In this document: positions 47,283 to 57,570 of the stretch, in pieces | How the letters are laid out: each line of letters starts with the position of its first letter | Numbering within the stretch: the stretch's first letter is position 1 | Source of the DNA: Ignavibacteriales bacterium | GTDB taxonomy: Bacteria > Bacteroidota > Ignavibacteria > UBA10030 | Length of the DNA: 64,000 nucleotides | Assembly (NCBI GenBank): GCA_026390585.1 | Contig: JAPLFP010000360.1 | Span: 1,483 to 65,482, forward strand | Direction of reading: 5' to 3' | Position numbers and translations under genes: made by a program | Notes under the pieces: model-generated | The model's input: only the letters and a program-made list of their open reading frames with translations | The model's database searches: none | What the model was told of the DNA's origin: nothing

Positions 47283-48242
47283 TTACCCTATTTTGTATTC
47301 CTTGTTGTCGATAGCCGCCCGGACAAAACCGTCGGCCCGCTGGAGACGCCGTTGCGCTTCGTTGCGATCTACGCCGGCTTTGATCATCACGAGAGCTGTT
47401 TTGACGTGACCCTCCGCTCTGTCAAGGTGGTCGGCCGCATCTTCGTATCCAACACCCGTAATCGTCATGACGATCCTCTTCGATCGTTCCCGCAGCTTCT
47501 GATTTGTCATCTGCAGGTCGATCATCATGTTCTCGTACACTTTTCCAAGGCGCACCATGGCAGCTGTTGTGATCATGTTCAGCACAAGCTTCTGGGCTGT
47601 GCCCGATTTCATCCGTGTTGAACCCATAATCACTTCCGGCCCGACCTCAGGGCAGATTGCCACATCAACAACCTGGGAAACCTCCGTAAATTCCGGCGAA
47701 TAGAAGCGACTGCGGGGATTCGTTGTGACATAGAGGGTCTTGGCGCCAAGTTGCTTGGCGCGCTTCACGGCTCCGATCACATACGGGGTCCTTAGGCTGG
47801 CCGCTATTCCACAAACAACGTCTTTTTCGTTCACGCCTCTCTCGTCGACATCCCGAGCTCCATTTTCCTGCTTGTCTTCAGCTCCCTCCTGGGATTTGAA
47901 CATTGCCTTCTCCCCGCCGGCAATCATCCCTTGGACCATTTCCGGAGGTGTCCCGTAGGTCGGTGGACATTCGGCGGCATCAAGCACTCCCAATCGTCCG
48001 CTGGTCCCAGCCCCGGCATAGAGGAGCCGCCCGCCACTCTTGAGTGAGTGAACGACAATTTCTACTGCCTTACCGATAAATTCAAGCTCTCCCTCCACAG
48101 CAATTGCCACCTTCTTGTCTTCGGTGTTGATGACGCGCAGTATCTCGCTTATCGACCGTGCGTCGATATCCATGCTTGCCGGATTTCGCTGCTCGGTGCT
48201 TAATCTTGTCAGCTGCTCAAAGAGCTTTTTCTGATCGCTCAC
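47283..48242 (-). CDS. murQ: N-acetylmuramic acid 6-phosphate etherase
   Basis: TEQRNP, GAGTSGRLGVLDAAECPPTYG, GAED, GPEV.MGSTRMKSGTAQK. Confidence 0.96.
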   Translation of the reverse strand: MSDQKKLFEQLTRLSTEQRNPASMDIDARSISEILRVINTEDKKVAIAVEGELEFIGKAVEIVVHSLKSGGRLLYAGAGTSGRLGVLDAAECPPTYGTPPEMVQGMIAGGEKAMFKSQEGAEDKQENGARDVDERGVNEKDVVCGIAASLRTPYVIGAVKRAKQLGAKTLYVTTNPRSRFYSPEFTEVSQVVDVAICPEVGPEVIMGSTRMKSGTAQKLVLNMITTAAMVRLGKVYENMMIDLQMTNQKLRERSKRIVMTITGVGYEDAADHLDRAEGHVKTALVMIKAGVDRNEAQRRLQRADGFVRAAIDNKEYKIG

Positions 48243-48245
48243 GGG

Positions 48246-48992
48246 TTATTCTGCTTTCTGCCTGATGCTCCTGGCGAATTCAACAATAACAACTTTTTTG
48301 TCTCTGTCGTCAAGCTGCGTGGAGCCGTTTAGCGTAAGTTCAATCGTCGAGATTGGACCGACGTTGGGGTGTTTTCGAAGCTCTTTAATTTCATCGTCGA
48401 GGTTTCCCCCTTTGAAAGCAATGAGCGTCGGTCCATGTACTCGTTTTTTCGCTGACCCCGGCGCATCAGCTTTTCTCGTGTCCACCCCCCGCGCACTTCT
48501 CTTCAGGAGGGGGTATGACCAGAGAGCGAGGTCTTTTAGTGCTGCAACACCCCGCGCGACCACAATATCGTGCTGTCCAGCGTGCTCCCGCTGTTTCCCA
48601 AGATCTTCTGCTCTTCCCCAGACAGCATCAATTCCTGCAAGTCCTAACGAGCCAAGCAAATCCCTCACAACGTCTATTTTTTTCCGTGTAGAATCAAGAA
48701 GCGTAAACAGAAGATCGGGGCGAGCAATTTTAAGCACAACTCCGGGGAGCCCTCCCCCCGTACCAAGATCCAGAATCTTCACCCCTTCGTCAAATTCCAC
48801 TTTAAACATCAAGCTGATGCAGTGAAGGATGTGTCTTGTCCAGAAGTTTTCTTCGTCACGCCTTGAGACCAAATTGATTTTTTTGTTCCACTCGAGAAGC
48901 CGAACGGCATACACGTCAAGCTGTCGGAGCTGTTCATCACTCAACCGTAGGCCGTTCTGCGCGCATGTTGTCCAAACCAAAAGAGAATCCAT
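48246..48992 (-). CDS. rsmG: 16S rRNA m7G527 methyltransferase
   Basis: WNKKINL, DLGTGGGLPG, RAE, ARGV, FKG; start trimmed to ATG 48992. Confidence 0.93.
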   Translation of the reverse strand: MDSLLVWTTCAQNGLRLSDEQLRQLDVYAVRLLEWNKKINLVSRRDEENFWTRHILHCISLMFKVEFDEGVKILDLGTGGGLPGVVLKIARPDLLFTLLDSTRKKIDVVRDLLGSLGLAGIDAVWGRAEDLGKQREHAGQHDIVVARGVAALKDLALWSYPLLKRSARGVDTRKADAPGSAKKRVHGPTLIAFKGGNLDDEIKELRKHPNVGPISTIELTLNGSTQLDDRDKKVVIVEFARSIRQKAE

Positions 48993-49032
48993 GAAACCCC
49001 TAACCCGTTGTGTTATAATGAGTTGCGGTTCT

Positions 49033-49048
49033 TGTTCCACGTGAAAAG
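49033..49048. promoter_or_regulatory. parS-like site
   Basis: TGTTCCACGTGAAAAG vs TGTTNCACGTGAAACA; intergenic and origin-proximal. Confidence 0.65.
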
Positions 49049-49049
49049 A

Positions 49050-50966
49050 CTAGCCGCGCAAAAAGACCATCAGCACAGATGCGTCTGATGGTGTTACGCC
49101 GCTGATTCGCGATGCCTGCCCTATCGATTCCGGCTTGATCTTGCTAAGCCGTTCTCTTCCTTCGGTCGAGAGCGATTTGATTCTACCATAGTCGAAGTTG
49201 ATCGGGATTTTTTGATCTTCGAACGCATCGAACTTTTGGATTTGCTCCACCTGTCGCTGAATGTACCCTTCATACTTCAATTCAATTTCAATTTGCTCAA
49301 GGATTTCGTTTTTGAGTCGTTCCTCGGACAGACTCAAAATCTCTTTGATTGCCGGTGTGCTCGCAAGAGAATCAAGGCCCACAAGATCTGCAAGTCGGAC
49401 GTTCGGCCTCTTCAAGAGCTTTGCCAGTCGTTCTTTTTCCTCGATGCGCCCTTCAGAGATCTTTTCAAGATAGGGATTGAACTTGTCGGGTGACACTGTG
49501 TGTTGTGCTGCCATGGCAATTCCTGCCGATATCAGTGCCTCCTTTTTCCGGAGGCGATCCACCATGAATTCACTCACCAAACCGAGATTGTACCCCTTCA
49601 TCATCAGTCGGCGATCCGCGTTGTCCTGTCGAAGCACAAGCCTGTGTTCTGCCCTCGAGGTGAACATCCGGTATGGCTCTTCCGTGCTCTTGTTCACAAG
49701 GTCGTCGATGAGAACTCCAATGTATGCCTCGGAGCGCTTCAAGATGAAGGGCTCTTTTTGCTGGACAGCCAGTGCCGCGTTAATGCCGGCCATCAAACCC
49801 TGCGCCGCCGCTTCTTCGTATCCTGAAGTGCCGTTTATTTGACCGGCAAAGAACAGGCGGTCAATCAGTTTCGTCTCGAGCGTCAACTTCACCTGGTATG
49901 GTGGGAAGAAATCATACTCCACCGCGTACCCCGGCCTCAGCATCTTCACCTTTTCGAGGCCGGCGATCGACCGAAGACCCTCTTCTTGAATGTCCTCCGG
50001 CAAGCTCGTCGAAAACCCGTTCACATAGACAACGTTCGTGTTGTATCCTTCGGGCTCTAGAAATATCTGATGGCGTTCCTTGTCTTCAAACCGGACCACC
50101 TTGTCTTCGATCGATGGACAATACCTCGGTCCCACCCCTTTGATGACTCCGGTGAACAGTGGCGATCGGTCAAATCCTTTCCTGAGGATATTGTGGGTGT
50201 TTGGGTTCGTGTAGGTCAGATACATCGGAACGAGCCGATTCGTTATTGCCTGCGTTGAATGCGAGAACGGATGTGGAGGATTGTCGCTGTGCTGTTCCTC
50301 CAGCCTCGAAAGAGCTATGGTAGAGAGGTCTACCCTTGGGGGTGTTCCTGTCTTGAGGCGCCCACTCGCGAATCCGAGTTTCTCAAGGTTCTCGGTCAGC
50401 CCTTTCGCTGGTGGTTCTCCATATCTCCCTCCCTCTCGATTGCTCAGTCCCGTGTGCATGAGTCCCCGGAGAAACGTTCCTGCGCTCAAAACAACTGTTC
50501 GACAGTTGATTTTGTCGCCTCGATTTGTAACAACTCCGAGGATTCTCGGCCTCTGGATACTGCCAACTTCCTCGATTTCAATTCCAACAACCGAGCCCTC
50601 ATAGATTGTCAGGCCGGCTTGTACCAGGACTCTCTGACCAGCTTCTTTGGAATACCATTCCCTATCGTTTTGACAGCGGGGGGACCAAACCGCTGGACCC
50701 TTCGACCGGTTCAAGAGTCTGAACTGTATTCCTGTGGTGTCTGCAATCTTGCCCATTTCTCCTCCAAGGGCATCTATTTCACGGACCAAGTGACCTTTTG
50801 CGGTTCCACCTATCGCCGGATTGCATGACATTCTACCGATAGCATCTCGACTCATGGTCACAAGCAGGACCCTACACCCCATCCTCGCCGCGGCAAGGCT
50901 AGCCTCAATGCCAGCGTGGCCACCCCCAACAACTACGACGTCAATATTCTTGTCAATTTCGGCCAT
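49050..50966 (-). CDS. mnmG: tRNA modification enzyme MnmG (GidA)
   Basis: GGGHAG, MSCNPAIGG, RLKTGTPPR, GPRYCPSIEDK, GQINGTSGYEEAAAQG. Confidence 0.98.
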   Translation of the reverse strand: MAEIDKNIDVVVVGGGHAGIEASLAAARMGCRVLLVTMSRDAIGRMSCNPAIGGTAKGHLVREIDALGGEMGKIADTTGIQFRLLNRSKGPAVWSPRCQNDREWYSKEAGQRVLVQAGLTIYEGSVVGIEIEEVGSIQRPRILGVVTNRGDKINCRTVVLSAGTFLRGLMHTGLSNREGGRYGEPPAKGLTENLEKLGFASGRLKTGTPPRVDLSTIALSRLEEQHSDNPPHPFSHSTQAITNRLVPMYLTYTNPNTHNILRKGFDRSPLFTGVIKGVGPRYCPSIEDKVVRFEDKERHQIFLEPEGYNTNVVYVNGFSTSLPEDIQEEGLRSIAGLEKVKMLRPGYAVEYDFFPPYQVKLTLETKLIDRLFFAGQINGTSGYEEAAAQGLMAGINAALAVQQKEPFILKRSEAYIGVLIDDLVNKSTEEPYRMFTSRAEHRLVLRQDNADRRLMMKGYNLGLVSEFMVDRLRKKEALISAGIAMAAQHTVSPDKFNPYLEKISEGRIEEKERLAKLLKRPNVRLADLVGLDSLASTPAIKEILSLSEERLKNEILEQIEIELKYEGYIQRQVEQIQKFDAFEDQKIPINFDYGRIKSLSTEGRERLSKIKPESIGQASRISGVTPSDASVLMVFLRG

Positions 50967-50977
50967 TCTTGCTTCTG

Positions 50978-50993
50978 TGTTTCACGTGAAACG
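50978..50993. promoter_or_regulatory. parS site
   Basis: TGTTTCACGTGAAACG, one mismatch to consensus; in the mnmE-mnmG gap. Confidence 0.8.
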
Positions 50994-50997
50994 CTGT

Positions 50998-52410
50998 TTA
51001 CTTTCCTATACAAAAACGCGAGAATATCGAATTAAGAATGTCGTCAGTGCTTGTGGCGCCTACAATTTCGCCCAAGGCATCGAGCCCCGCCCTCAGGTCA
51101 ACGGCCACGAATTCCCCACTCTTGCCGCACTCAAGAGTTTCCAGAGCCAACCCCAGGCTGTCTGCCGTTCTCTTCAAAGCGGAAAAATGACGAGCATTTG
51201 TAATTGTTATACCCCCCTCCGAGGTCGACGGCATATCGCGAAGCGCTTTTCGCACCAACAGTTCCTTTAGCGACTCCAACCCTTGATGTGTCCGTGCGGA
51301 GATCTCGACAACATCGTGTCTTCTGGTAATGTGTTCAACATCCAAGACTGGGTTCCTCTCTGGTTCCATTATGTCAATCTTGTTTAGCACAAAGACACAG
51401 CTAGCCCCCCTCTGCTCAACGGCGTTCGTAAGCCTGCTGATCGCCGCTACCTCTTCAGCCCCAACGGCACGTGTGCCGTCCAGCATCAACACCAGGATAT
51501 CGCAATTCGACAATCTCTCTTCTGCCCTGCGGACCCCCTCCCGCTCAACCAGATCCTCAGTTTCCCGGATCCCAGCCGTATCAATTAGATCGAACAAAAG
51601 TCCGCCGAGACTGATTGACTCCTCTATGATGTCTCTTGTTGTCCCGGGAATCTCCGTCACGATCGCTCTGTCCTCCTGCAGAAGTGCATTCAGAAGGCTT
51701 GACTTTCCGACGTTCGGGGCCCCGGCAAGTGCAACTTTTACTCCATCGCGGTATATTTTTCCAACCGAGTAGGTCGTCAAAAGGTCGTTGATTTGAGAAA
51801 CTGTAGACTTCAGTTGCCCTGCGACCCTTTCTTTCTCGGTGAACCTATACCCCTCCTCCGCGAAGTCCAGCTCGAGCTCCAGAAGACTAATGCTCTCAAC
51901 GAGCCGTTCCCGCACTAGTGAAATTCGATCAGACAAGACGCCATTAAGTTGTGCTAGCGACGATTGATGAGCCCGCTCTGATCGAGCGTGTATTAGATCC
52001 GCTACCGCTTCCGCCTGAGCCAGATCAATTCTTCCATTCAGAAAAGCTCGCTTTGTAAATTCTCCAGCCTGTGCAGCCCTGGCGCCCAATCGAAGCGTTG
52101 CCTCGAGAATTCTCTTGGTCAAGTATCGACCACCATGACAACTGAGCTCAACTGTGTCTTCACCGGTATAGGAGTTCGGTCTTCTAAACACCAGAGCAAC
52201 GACATTATCTATGGTCTTTCCTTGTTCGTCTACAAATCTGCCATAGTGCGCCGTGTGTGATGACATTTTGTCAATAGTGGTCGCCCCGCGGAAGCCCCCA
52301 GCGGCTATGCTCATTGCGCCGTCTCCACTAATTCGAACAACGGAAATCCCACCCTCGCCTTCGGGGGTGGCAATTGCGGCAATAGTATCGCTTTCGTAGG
52401 CCAGTGACAC
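50998..52410 (-). CDS. mnmE: tRNA modification GTPase MnmE
   Basis: [42 protein letters not shown]; start trimmed to GTG 52410. Confidence 0.97.
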   Translation of the reverse strand: MSLAYESDTIAAIATPEGEGGISVVRISGDGAMSIAAGGFRGATTIDKMSSHTAHYGRFVDEQGKTIDNVVALVFRRPNSYTGEDTVELSCHGGRYLTKRILEATLRLGARAAQAGEFTKRAFLNGRIDLAQAEAVADLIHARSERAHQSSLAQLNGVLSDRISLVRERLVESISLLELELDFAEEGYRFTEKERVAGQLKSTVSQINDLLTTYSVGKIYRDGVKVALAGAPNVGKSSLLNALLQEDRAIVTEIPGTTRDIIEESISLGGLLFDLIDTAGIRETEDLVEREGVRRAEERLSNCDILVLMLDGTRAVGAEEVAAISRLTNAVEQRGASCVFVLNKIDIMEPERNPVLDVEHITRRHDVVEISARTHQGLESLKELLVRKALRDMPSTSEGGITITNARHFSALKRTADSLGLALETLECGKSGEFVAVDLRAGLDALGEIVGATSTDDILNSIFSRFCIGK

Positions 52411-52488
52411 GTTCTGTTTTGCTGGTGGTTTAAGAAGGAGTTGAATGTACAAATTCGCGGAGCTATTTACAACCGTCAGGATACAGAC

Positions 52489-52521
52489 AAAAAACCCCGC
52501 CTTCTTCTCAGCGGGGTTTTT
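52489..52521 (-). terminator. intrinsic terminator after yidC
   Basis: AAAAAACCCCGC-N10-GCGGGGTTTTT. Confidence 0.8.
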
Positions 52522-52540
52522 CGTCACCTCTCAGTTGAAG

Positions 52541-54349
52541 CTACCTCTTAAGCCTCGGCAATTCTTTAGCGAGTTTTCCAAAAATGCCTCCGCTCTTTTT
52601 CTTTTTCGGCTCAACTTTTCGCAACGGCTCATCTTCGCTTTGTCGGTTAATCATTATTTGCTGACCGATCGAGAGAACGTTGAAGACGAAATAGTACAAG
52701 TTGAGTCCCGACGGAAAACTGTTGAACAACAGTGTCATCATCACGGGCATCATCCAGACCATAGCCTTCTGCCTTGGATCTTTCACGCTCATCTTCTGCT
52801 GGATGAACATCGTCACACCCATCAACAAGGCCAGTCCGCTAACATCCTGAATGGCAAAGAACGGGATTTCAAACGGAAGGGTAAAAATCCGATCCGGGAT
52901 CGACAAATCTGTGATCCACCACACGAAGTTGCCTTGGCGCAGCTCAATTGTTGCTCGCAAGACGTTGTACAGCGCAATCATCACGGGAAACTGTAGCAGC
53001 AATGGCAAACAACCACCAGCTGGGTTCACGCCGTATTCCTTGTACAGGTTCATCACCTGTTGGTTCATCTTCTGTGGATCGTCTTTGTACTTCTCCTTAA
53101 TCTCGTTCATCAGCGGCTGCAGCGCCTGCATCTTCTTCATCGAGCGCATGCTGCTCCGAGATAGTGGGTGCAGCACAACTTTGATAATGAGGGAGAATAG
53201 AATAATCACTACGCCCCAGTTCGGAGCGATATAGTGCAGGGCGTTCAACAGGGGCAGCATGACATACTCTGAGATCGGTCGGATCAACCACGTCCAACCC
53301 AGGCCAACAATTCTGTCGAGTCCAACTCCATATGATTTCAGCAAGCTAATGTCTGCCGGTCCAAAGAAAATTCTGAACGAGGCCCCTTCTTCCTGCCCCC
53401 CTTTAAATGGCATCTTTACTGCAATGCTATATGCTTCCAGTGCGCCCTTGTCCGGCGCGGTTGCCCGCGACCCTTCGAGGTAACCGCCATCGCTCGTGCC
53501 CTCTTTTGGAACAATTGCAAACGCGAAGTATTTCGTGCGCGCTGCAACCCAATCAACAACTCCCGACATATTCTTCTGCGGTTTACTCTCTGTTGATGAC
53601 GCGTCAACTTCCGTTAGTTCTTTTCCGGCATATGCGTAGGCGGCGGCAAAGCTTGATTCGTCAATGCTGTTCTGTTCAGCGTACCGCAGTCCGCTTTCCC
53701 AAACCAGTTGATACTCATAATTCGCTATGACATCGCCCATCCTCGAAAAACCAATATCGGCATTGAATCCATACTCGCCGTTCTTGAACCTTAGCGTTTT
53801 TGTAATCCGGCCGCCGTTTGACGTCGGAAGAACAAGCTTTACCTCGGCTTCTTCATTGCCTGTGATAACCCGCTGCAGCGAGCCGCTTTCACCGCGCTCA
53901 AAATACAGGTCGTGTGTATTAACCAGTCTGCCGTCTGCAGTCGCAAACAGCAGGCTTAAATCCCCGTTCTTCTTGTAGTCTACCAGTTGGACCGGTTTCC
54001 CATCCCACGTTTTGTATTTCTTCAACTCCCACCGCTTTACCACGCCGCCCTTCGTTGAGATCTCAGCGATGAAGAGGTCGGACTCAATTGTGATTATCTG
54101 CTCCTGGCCTTTGTCTCGTCCAGAAAAGAACTTTCCGAGTGGATCAACAGGCTTCTCTGTTGGCGCCTGGCTAGCGGCCGGTTGCACAACTGCCGCAGCG
54201 GCTCGACGCGCGGAGTCTTGCTGTGCTAATTGTGTGGCCACGGTTTTCTGCTGTTCTGCTTGCTGGCCTTGCTTCGGCGAGCTCATCCACATCCACACCA
54301 CAAGCAGGATGAAAATCAAAATGTAACCGAGTATCGATTGACGGTCCAT
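52541..54349 (-). CDS. yidC: membrane protein insertase YidC
   Basis: N-terminal TM, periplasmic domain, NWGVVII, YKDDPQK, NPAGGCLPLLLQ, WITDLS.PD, GLNLYY. Confidence 0.97.
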   Translation of the reverse strand: MDRQSILGYILIFILLVVWMWMSSPKQGQQAEQQKTVATQLAQQDSARRAAAAVVQPAASQAPTEKPVDPLGKFFSGRDKGQEQIITIESDLFIAEISTKGGVVKRWELKKYKTWDGKPVQLVDYKKNGDLSLLFATADGRLVNTHDLYFERGESGSLQRVITGNEEAEVKLVLPTSNGGRITKTLRFKNGEYGFNADIGFSRMGDVIANYEYQLVWESGLRYAEQNSIDESSFAAAYAYAGKELTEVDASSTESKPQKNMSGVVDWVAARTKYFAFAIVPKEGTSDGGYLEGSRATAPDKGALEAYSIAVKMPFKGGQEEGASFRIFFGPADISLLKSYGVGLDRIVGLGWTWLIRPISEYVMLPLLNALHYIAPNWGVVIILFSLIIKVVLHPLSRSSMRSMKKMQALQPLMNEIKEKYKDDPQKMNQQVMNLYKEYGVNPAGGCLPLLLQFPVMIALYNVLRATIELRQGNFVWWITDLSIPDRIFTLPFEIPFFAIQDVSGLALLMGVTMFIQQKMSVKDPRQKAMVWMMPVMMTLLFNSFPSGLNLYYFVFNVLSIGQQIMINRQSEDEPLRKVEPKKKKSGGIFGKLAKELPRLKR

Positions 54350-54373
54350 GGTTTTTTCCTACATCAAGATTGT

Positions 54374-54589
54374 TTACGGCACCGGGTCGAAGCCGGCGTG
54401 CTTATGAAATGGATGACATCTTCCAAGGCGCCTCAGTGAGAGCCACGCGCCTCGCCACACGCCGTGTTTGTCGATGGCTTCGGCTGCATATTCGGAGCAC
54501 GATGGATAAAAGCGACAATTGTTGAAGGGGAGAATGGGAGAGACAAGAATCTGATACAGTTGTATGAGAAGAACGAGTGGGTGTCTCAT
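54374..54589 (-). CDS. yidD: membrane protein insertion efficiency factor YidD
   Basis: [28 protein letters not shown]. Confidence 0.93.
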   Translation of the reverse strand: MRHPLVLLIQLYQILVSPILPFNNCRFYPSCSEYAAEAIDKHGVWRGAWLSLRRLGRCHPFHKHAGFDPVP

Positions 54590-54993
54590 GGTTTTCCAGC
54601 AAGCTGAAGGTGCAAGTCCTTGAGCAGTGCGACGATGGATTGTTCTATTGGTGAGCGGGCGGTCGCATTGTGCACCGACCGGGAGTGTGCGGTACAAAGA
54701 AAGACTACCATCACAGCTTCGTTCGTCTGTAACGGCTCTGCGCCGATGAGCGCCTTGTTCTTCCGATAAGACTCTTTCATCCACCGTCGCGCGCGGTTGC
54801 GATCGGCTGCATTTCGGACGCTCCTGCTAACAGAGAAGCCCACCCGCAACGCGGTTTTCTGGTGAGCATCACGCACGACGAAACAGCGAACGCTGCCACG
54901 TTGAAACGTTTGCCCCTCAGCGATGACGCGAGAAAAAATCCTGTAACCCCGAAGGATTTCTGATTTCTTGAGGGATAACCGCGACGGATTCAC
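54586..54993 (-). CDS. rnpA: ribonuclease P protein component
   Basis: [25 protein letters not shown]; position between rpmH and yidD. Confidence 0.9.
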   Translation of the reverse strand: MNPSRLSLKKSEILRGYRIFSRVIAEGQTFQRGSVRCFVVRDAHQKTALRVGFSVSRSVRNAADRNRARRWMKESYRKNKALIGAEPLQTNEAVMVVFLCTAHSRSVHNATARSPIEQSIVALLKDLHLQLAGKP

Positions 54994-55008
54994 CGTGGGC
55001 TCTCCTGT

Positions 55009-55155
55009 CTATTTCTCGTCGCTCACCGTAAGGCGGCGGCGCCCTTTTGCTCTTCGCCGGGACAAAACCTTGCGCCCGTTTTTCGTCGCCATGCGCGCTC
55101 GAAATCCATGAGCGTTTATTCGTTTCTTGCGATGCGGTTGATAGGTCCTTTTCAC
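55009..55155 (-). CDS. rpmH: 50S ribosomal protein L34
   Basis: Manual translation from GTG: [48 protein letters not shown]. Confidence 0.97.
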   Translation of the reverse strand: MKRTYQPHRKKRINAHGFRARMATKNGRKVLSRRRAKGRRRLTVSDEK

Positions 55156-55662
55156 TTCGGTACTCCAGCGTTTTGATGTATTCTATTCCAAAGCTATGTA
55201 TAATAAGCATTCTGTACCCAAAATACAACCCACCCAAACACGATCGGCTCGCTTGAGTTGGCTTCCATGTCAGGCCGTGGATCCTTGATTATTGTGGTAT
55301 TTGTTGTTTTGTAATTTTTTTCCTTGCGCAACAGCTTCTTGCGCAGTATACTCAATTGGCCTGTGGATAACCATTCCGCTGTTTACAATCTGTGGACAAG
55401 TTTTTAGCTCTAAGCACAGCATTGTTTTGGCTAGTATTCAGGCTTCTCTTAATATCAACACGGATGTTGAAAAGTATGTTCTTAACAATGGAATTGGTCG
55501 TGTTTTCAACGGGTTGTCCCCCTCAAATAATGTTGACAAGTCTAAGAGTCCCCTAACACTAGTATCGGTGATTTCTCAGGGCGGTTGACTGTGTTGTTAA
55601 CTTGTTGTTAATAAGAGCCAAAATTATTTGCTAATGTTTGTCAATCTTGGCAAGGTTGTTCT
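55156..55662. other. oriC part 1 / dnaA promoter region with DnaA boxes
   Basis: AT-rich; perfect TGTGGATAA at 55362-55370, TGTGGACAA at 55391-55399, several degenerate TGTTGANAA. Confidence 0.75.
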
Positions 55663-57123
55663 ATGGATGTTTTCGAAACTCACAGCAGCCCGGTTGTCGT
55701 TGATGCTGGGGTACAGGACGTTTGGCGGCAGTGCCTCAACAAAATTCAGAAACAGGTAACAAGTCTGGGTTACAAAACCTGGTTCCAGCCTATCGTTCCC
55801 ATAAAACTGGTCGAAAAAGACATTACGGTCCAAGTGCCCAGCCAGTTCTTTTATGATTGGGTCGATCAACATTACAACGCGTTGATACGCGAGACGATTT
55901 CCTCGGTGTTGGGAGAGGGGGCAAAACTCTATTACTCGATTGCGTCTGAGGATGTCGAGCCAGTGTTGCAGATTGAGCAGGAGGCTCTAGGTCAACCGGC
56001 GTTGAGTCGCGAGGTTTCACCCGCCACGCCGCAGTCACAGCCCTTTTTCCCGCCCCGCACGGCTTTCCGACAGTCCGACCAGCCGATTGCCCAGAGTAAC
56101 CTGAATCCCCGTTACACCTTCGAGAATTTCATCAAGGGTGACAGTAATCAGCTTGCACGAGCTGCGGCTCTTGCTGTGGGCAACAATCCCGGGGGGACTT
56201 CATTCAACCCCTTAGTTGTCTACGGAGGTACCGGCCTTGGCAAGACCCACCTTATGCACGCCCTCGGCAACCACGCCATCGCCATGGGCAAAGCAAAGCG
56301 TGTTGTCTACGTTTCCAGCGAAAAATTCACCATCGAGTTTGTCGAGTCAATTCAATCCGACCGGGTCAACGAGTTCTCCACTTTCTATCGAAGTGTTGAT
56401 CTTTTGATTGTTGATGATATTCAATTCTTTTCCGGAAAAGAAAAAACCCAGGACAACTTCTTCCACACATTCAACACGCTCTACCAGCTCGGTAAGCAGA
56501 TAGTTCTTTCCTCTGACGTTCCTCCCAAGGAACTCAAGGGGTTGGATGACCGGTTAATCTCCCGGTTTCAGTCTGGTCTCACTGCCGACATTCAACCGCC
56601 AGATCTGGAAACCCGAATAGCGATTCTTCGTAAGAAGAGCGAGGACAATAGGTTTGAACTTCCCCAGGATGTAGTTGACTTTATTGCTATAAACGTCACG
56701 AGTAACATTCGTGAACTTGAGGGATGCTTGATCAGTCTGATCGCCCGAGTGTCCCTCGACAACCGGGAAATCACCGTGGAACTCGCTCGCGATGTTCTCC
56801 GGATGGTCGTAAATGAGTCAAAATCCCCCATAAATATTGATCAAATTCAGCACATCGTGTGCGAGTTCTTTGACATACCCGAGGATCTCCTGCGCGCCAA
56901 GACTAGAAAACAAGAGGTCGTTAACGCGCGTCAGATTGCCATGTACCTTTCCAAGGAACTTACCAATTCCTCTCTCAAAACAATAGGTCTGCATTTTGGG
57001 GGAAGAGACCACAGTACGGTTATTCACTCCTGTCAGACAATCCACGACAGAATCACGAGTGATTCTGCCTTTAAACAAAACGTGGATCAACTTCGTAGGC
57101 GCATAGCGGTCGGCGGTCGCTGA
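55663..57123 (+). CDS. dnaA: chromosomal replication initiator DnaA
   Basis: YTFENF, NPL..YGGTGLGKTHL, DDIQF, RELEG, RQIAMYL, GGRDHSTV. Confidence 0.99.
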   Translation: MDVFETHSSPVVVDAGVQDVWRQCLNKIQKQVTSLGYKTWFQPIVPIKLVEKDITVQVPSQFFYDWVDQHYNALIRETISSVLGEGAKLYYSIASEDVEPVLQIEQEALGQPALSREVSPATPQSQPFFPPRTAFRQSDQPIAQSNLNPRYTFENFIKGDSNQLARAAALAVGNNPGGTSFNPLVVYGGTGLGKTHLMHALGNHAIAMGKAKRVVYVSSEKFTIEFVESIQSDRVNEFSTFYRSVDLLIVDDIQFFSGKEKTQDNFFHTFNTLYQLGKQIVLSSDVPPKELKGLDDRLISRFQSGLTADIQPPDLETRIAILRKKSEDNRFELPQDVVDFIAINVTSNIRELEGCLISLIARVSLDNREITVELARDVLRMVVNESKSPINIDQIQHIVCEFFDIPEDLLRAKTRKQEVVNARQIAMYLSKELTNSSLKTIGLHFGGRDHSTVIHSCQTIHDRITSDSAFKQNVDQLRRRIAVGGR

Positions 57124-57570
57124 GATTCTGTATACCTTTTTCAGATATCCGCTTGCCTATTTTTCTCCGCAAGTAGATGTATCCGCAAAAATCGGTTGTT
57201 GATAACCCGTCGACTATTGTGTGGATTGGTGTTTCTCCGTTGTTGATTCTTCGACTCATTTTGAATTATGGTGATGCGGACGTCTGACTTTGTTCACAAA
57301 CATTACTATCCTCAACAGCTTACCCACATATATCTATATACAGATTGCGCCAAAGATCATATCTGTGACAGACCCATATTATCATCTCGACATTTTTATC
57401 AACAGTTTCCACACCCTAACTAGTACAACTCTTCTTATTTAAAAAGATACTTAGTATATAGGGTTGGTTTTTCCCTTCTCTCTTCAAAAAAGGTTGTAAA
57501 TGGCCTATTTTTTTACTATTTTCATTCATCAAAGCCCTTTTGTCCATCTCGACAGAATAAGGAGAATGGA
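57124..57570. other. oriC part 2 (dnaA-dnaN): DnaA boxes, trio-like tract and AT-rich unwinding region
   Basis: TGTTGATAA 57197, TTACCCACA 57320, tandem TTATCAACA-GTTTCCACA 57396-57413 followed by CCCTAACTAGTACAACT and AT-rich DNA. Confidence 0.8.
57494..57522 (+). promoter_or_regulatory. putative sigma70 promoter for dnaN
   Basis: TTGTAA-17 nt-TATTTT; AAGGAG SD before dnaN. Confidence 0.4.
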
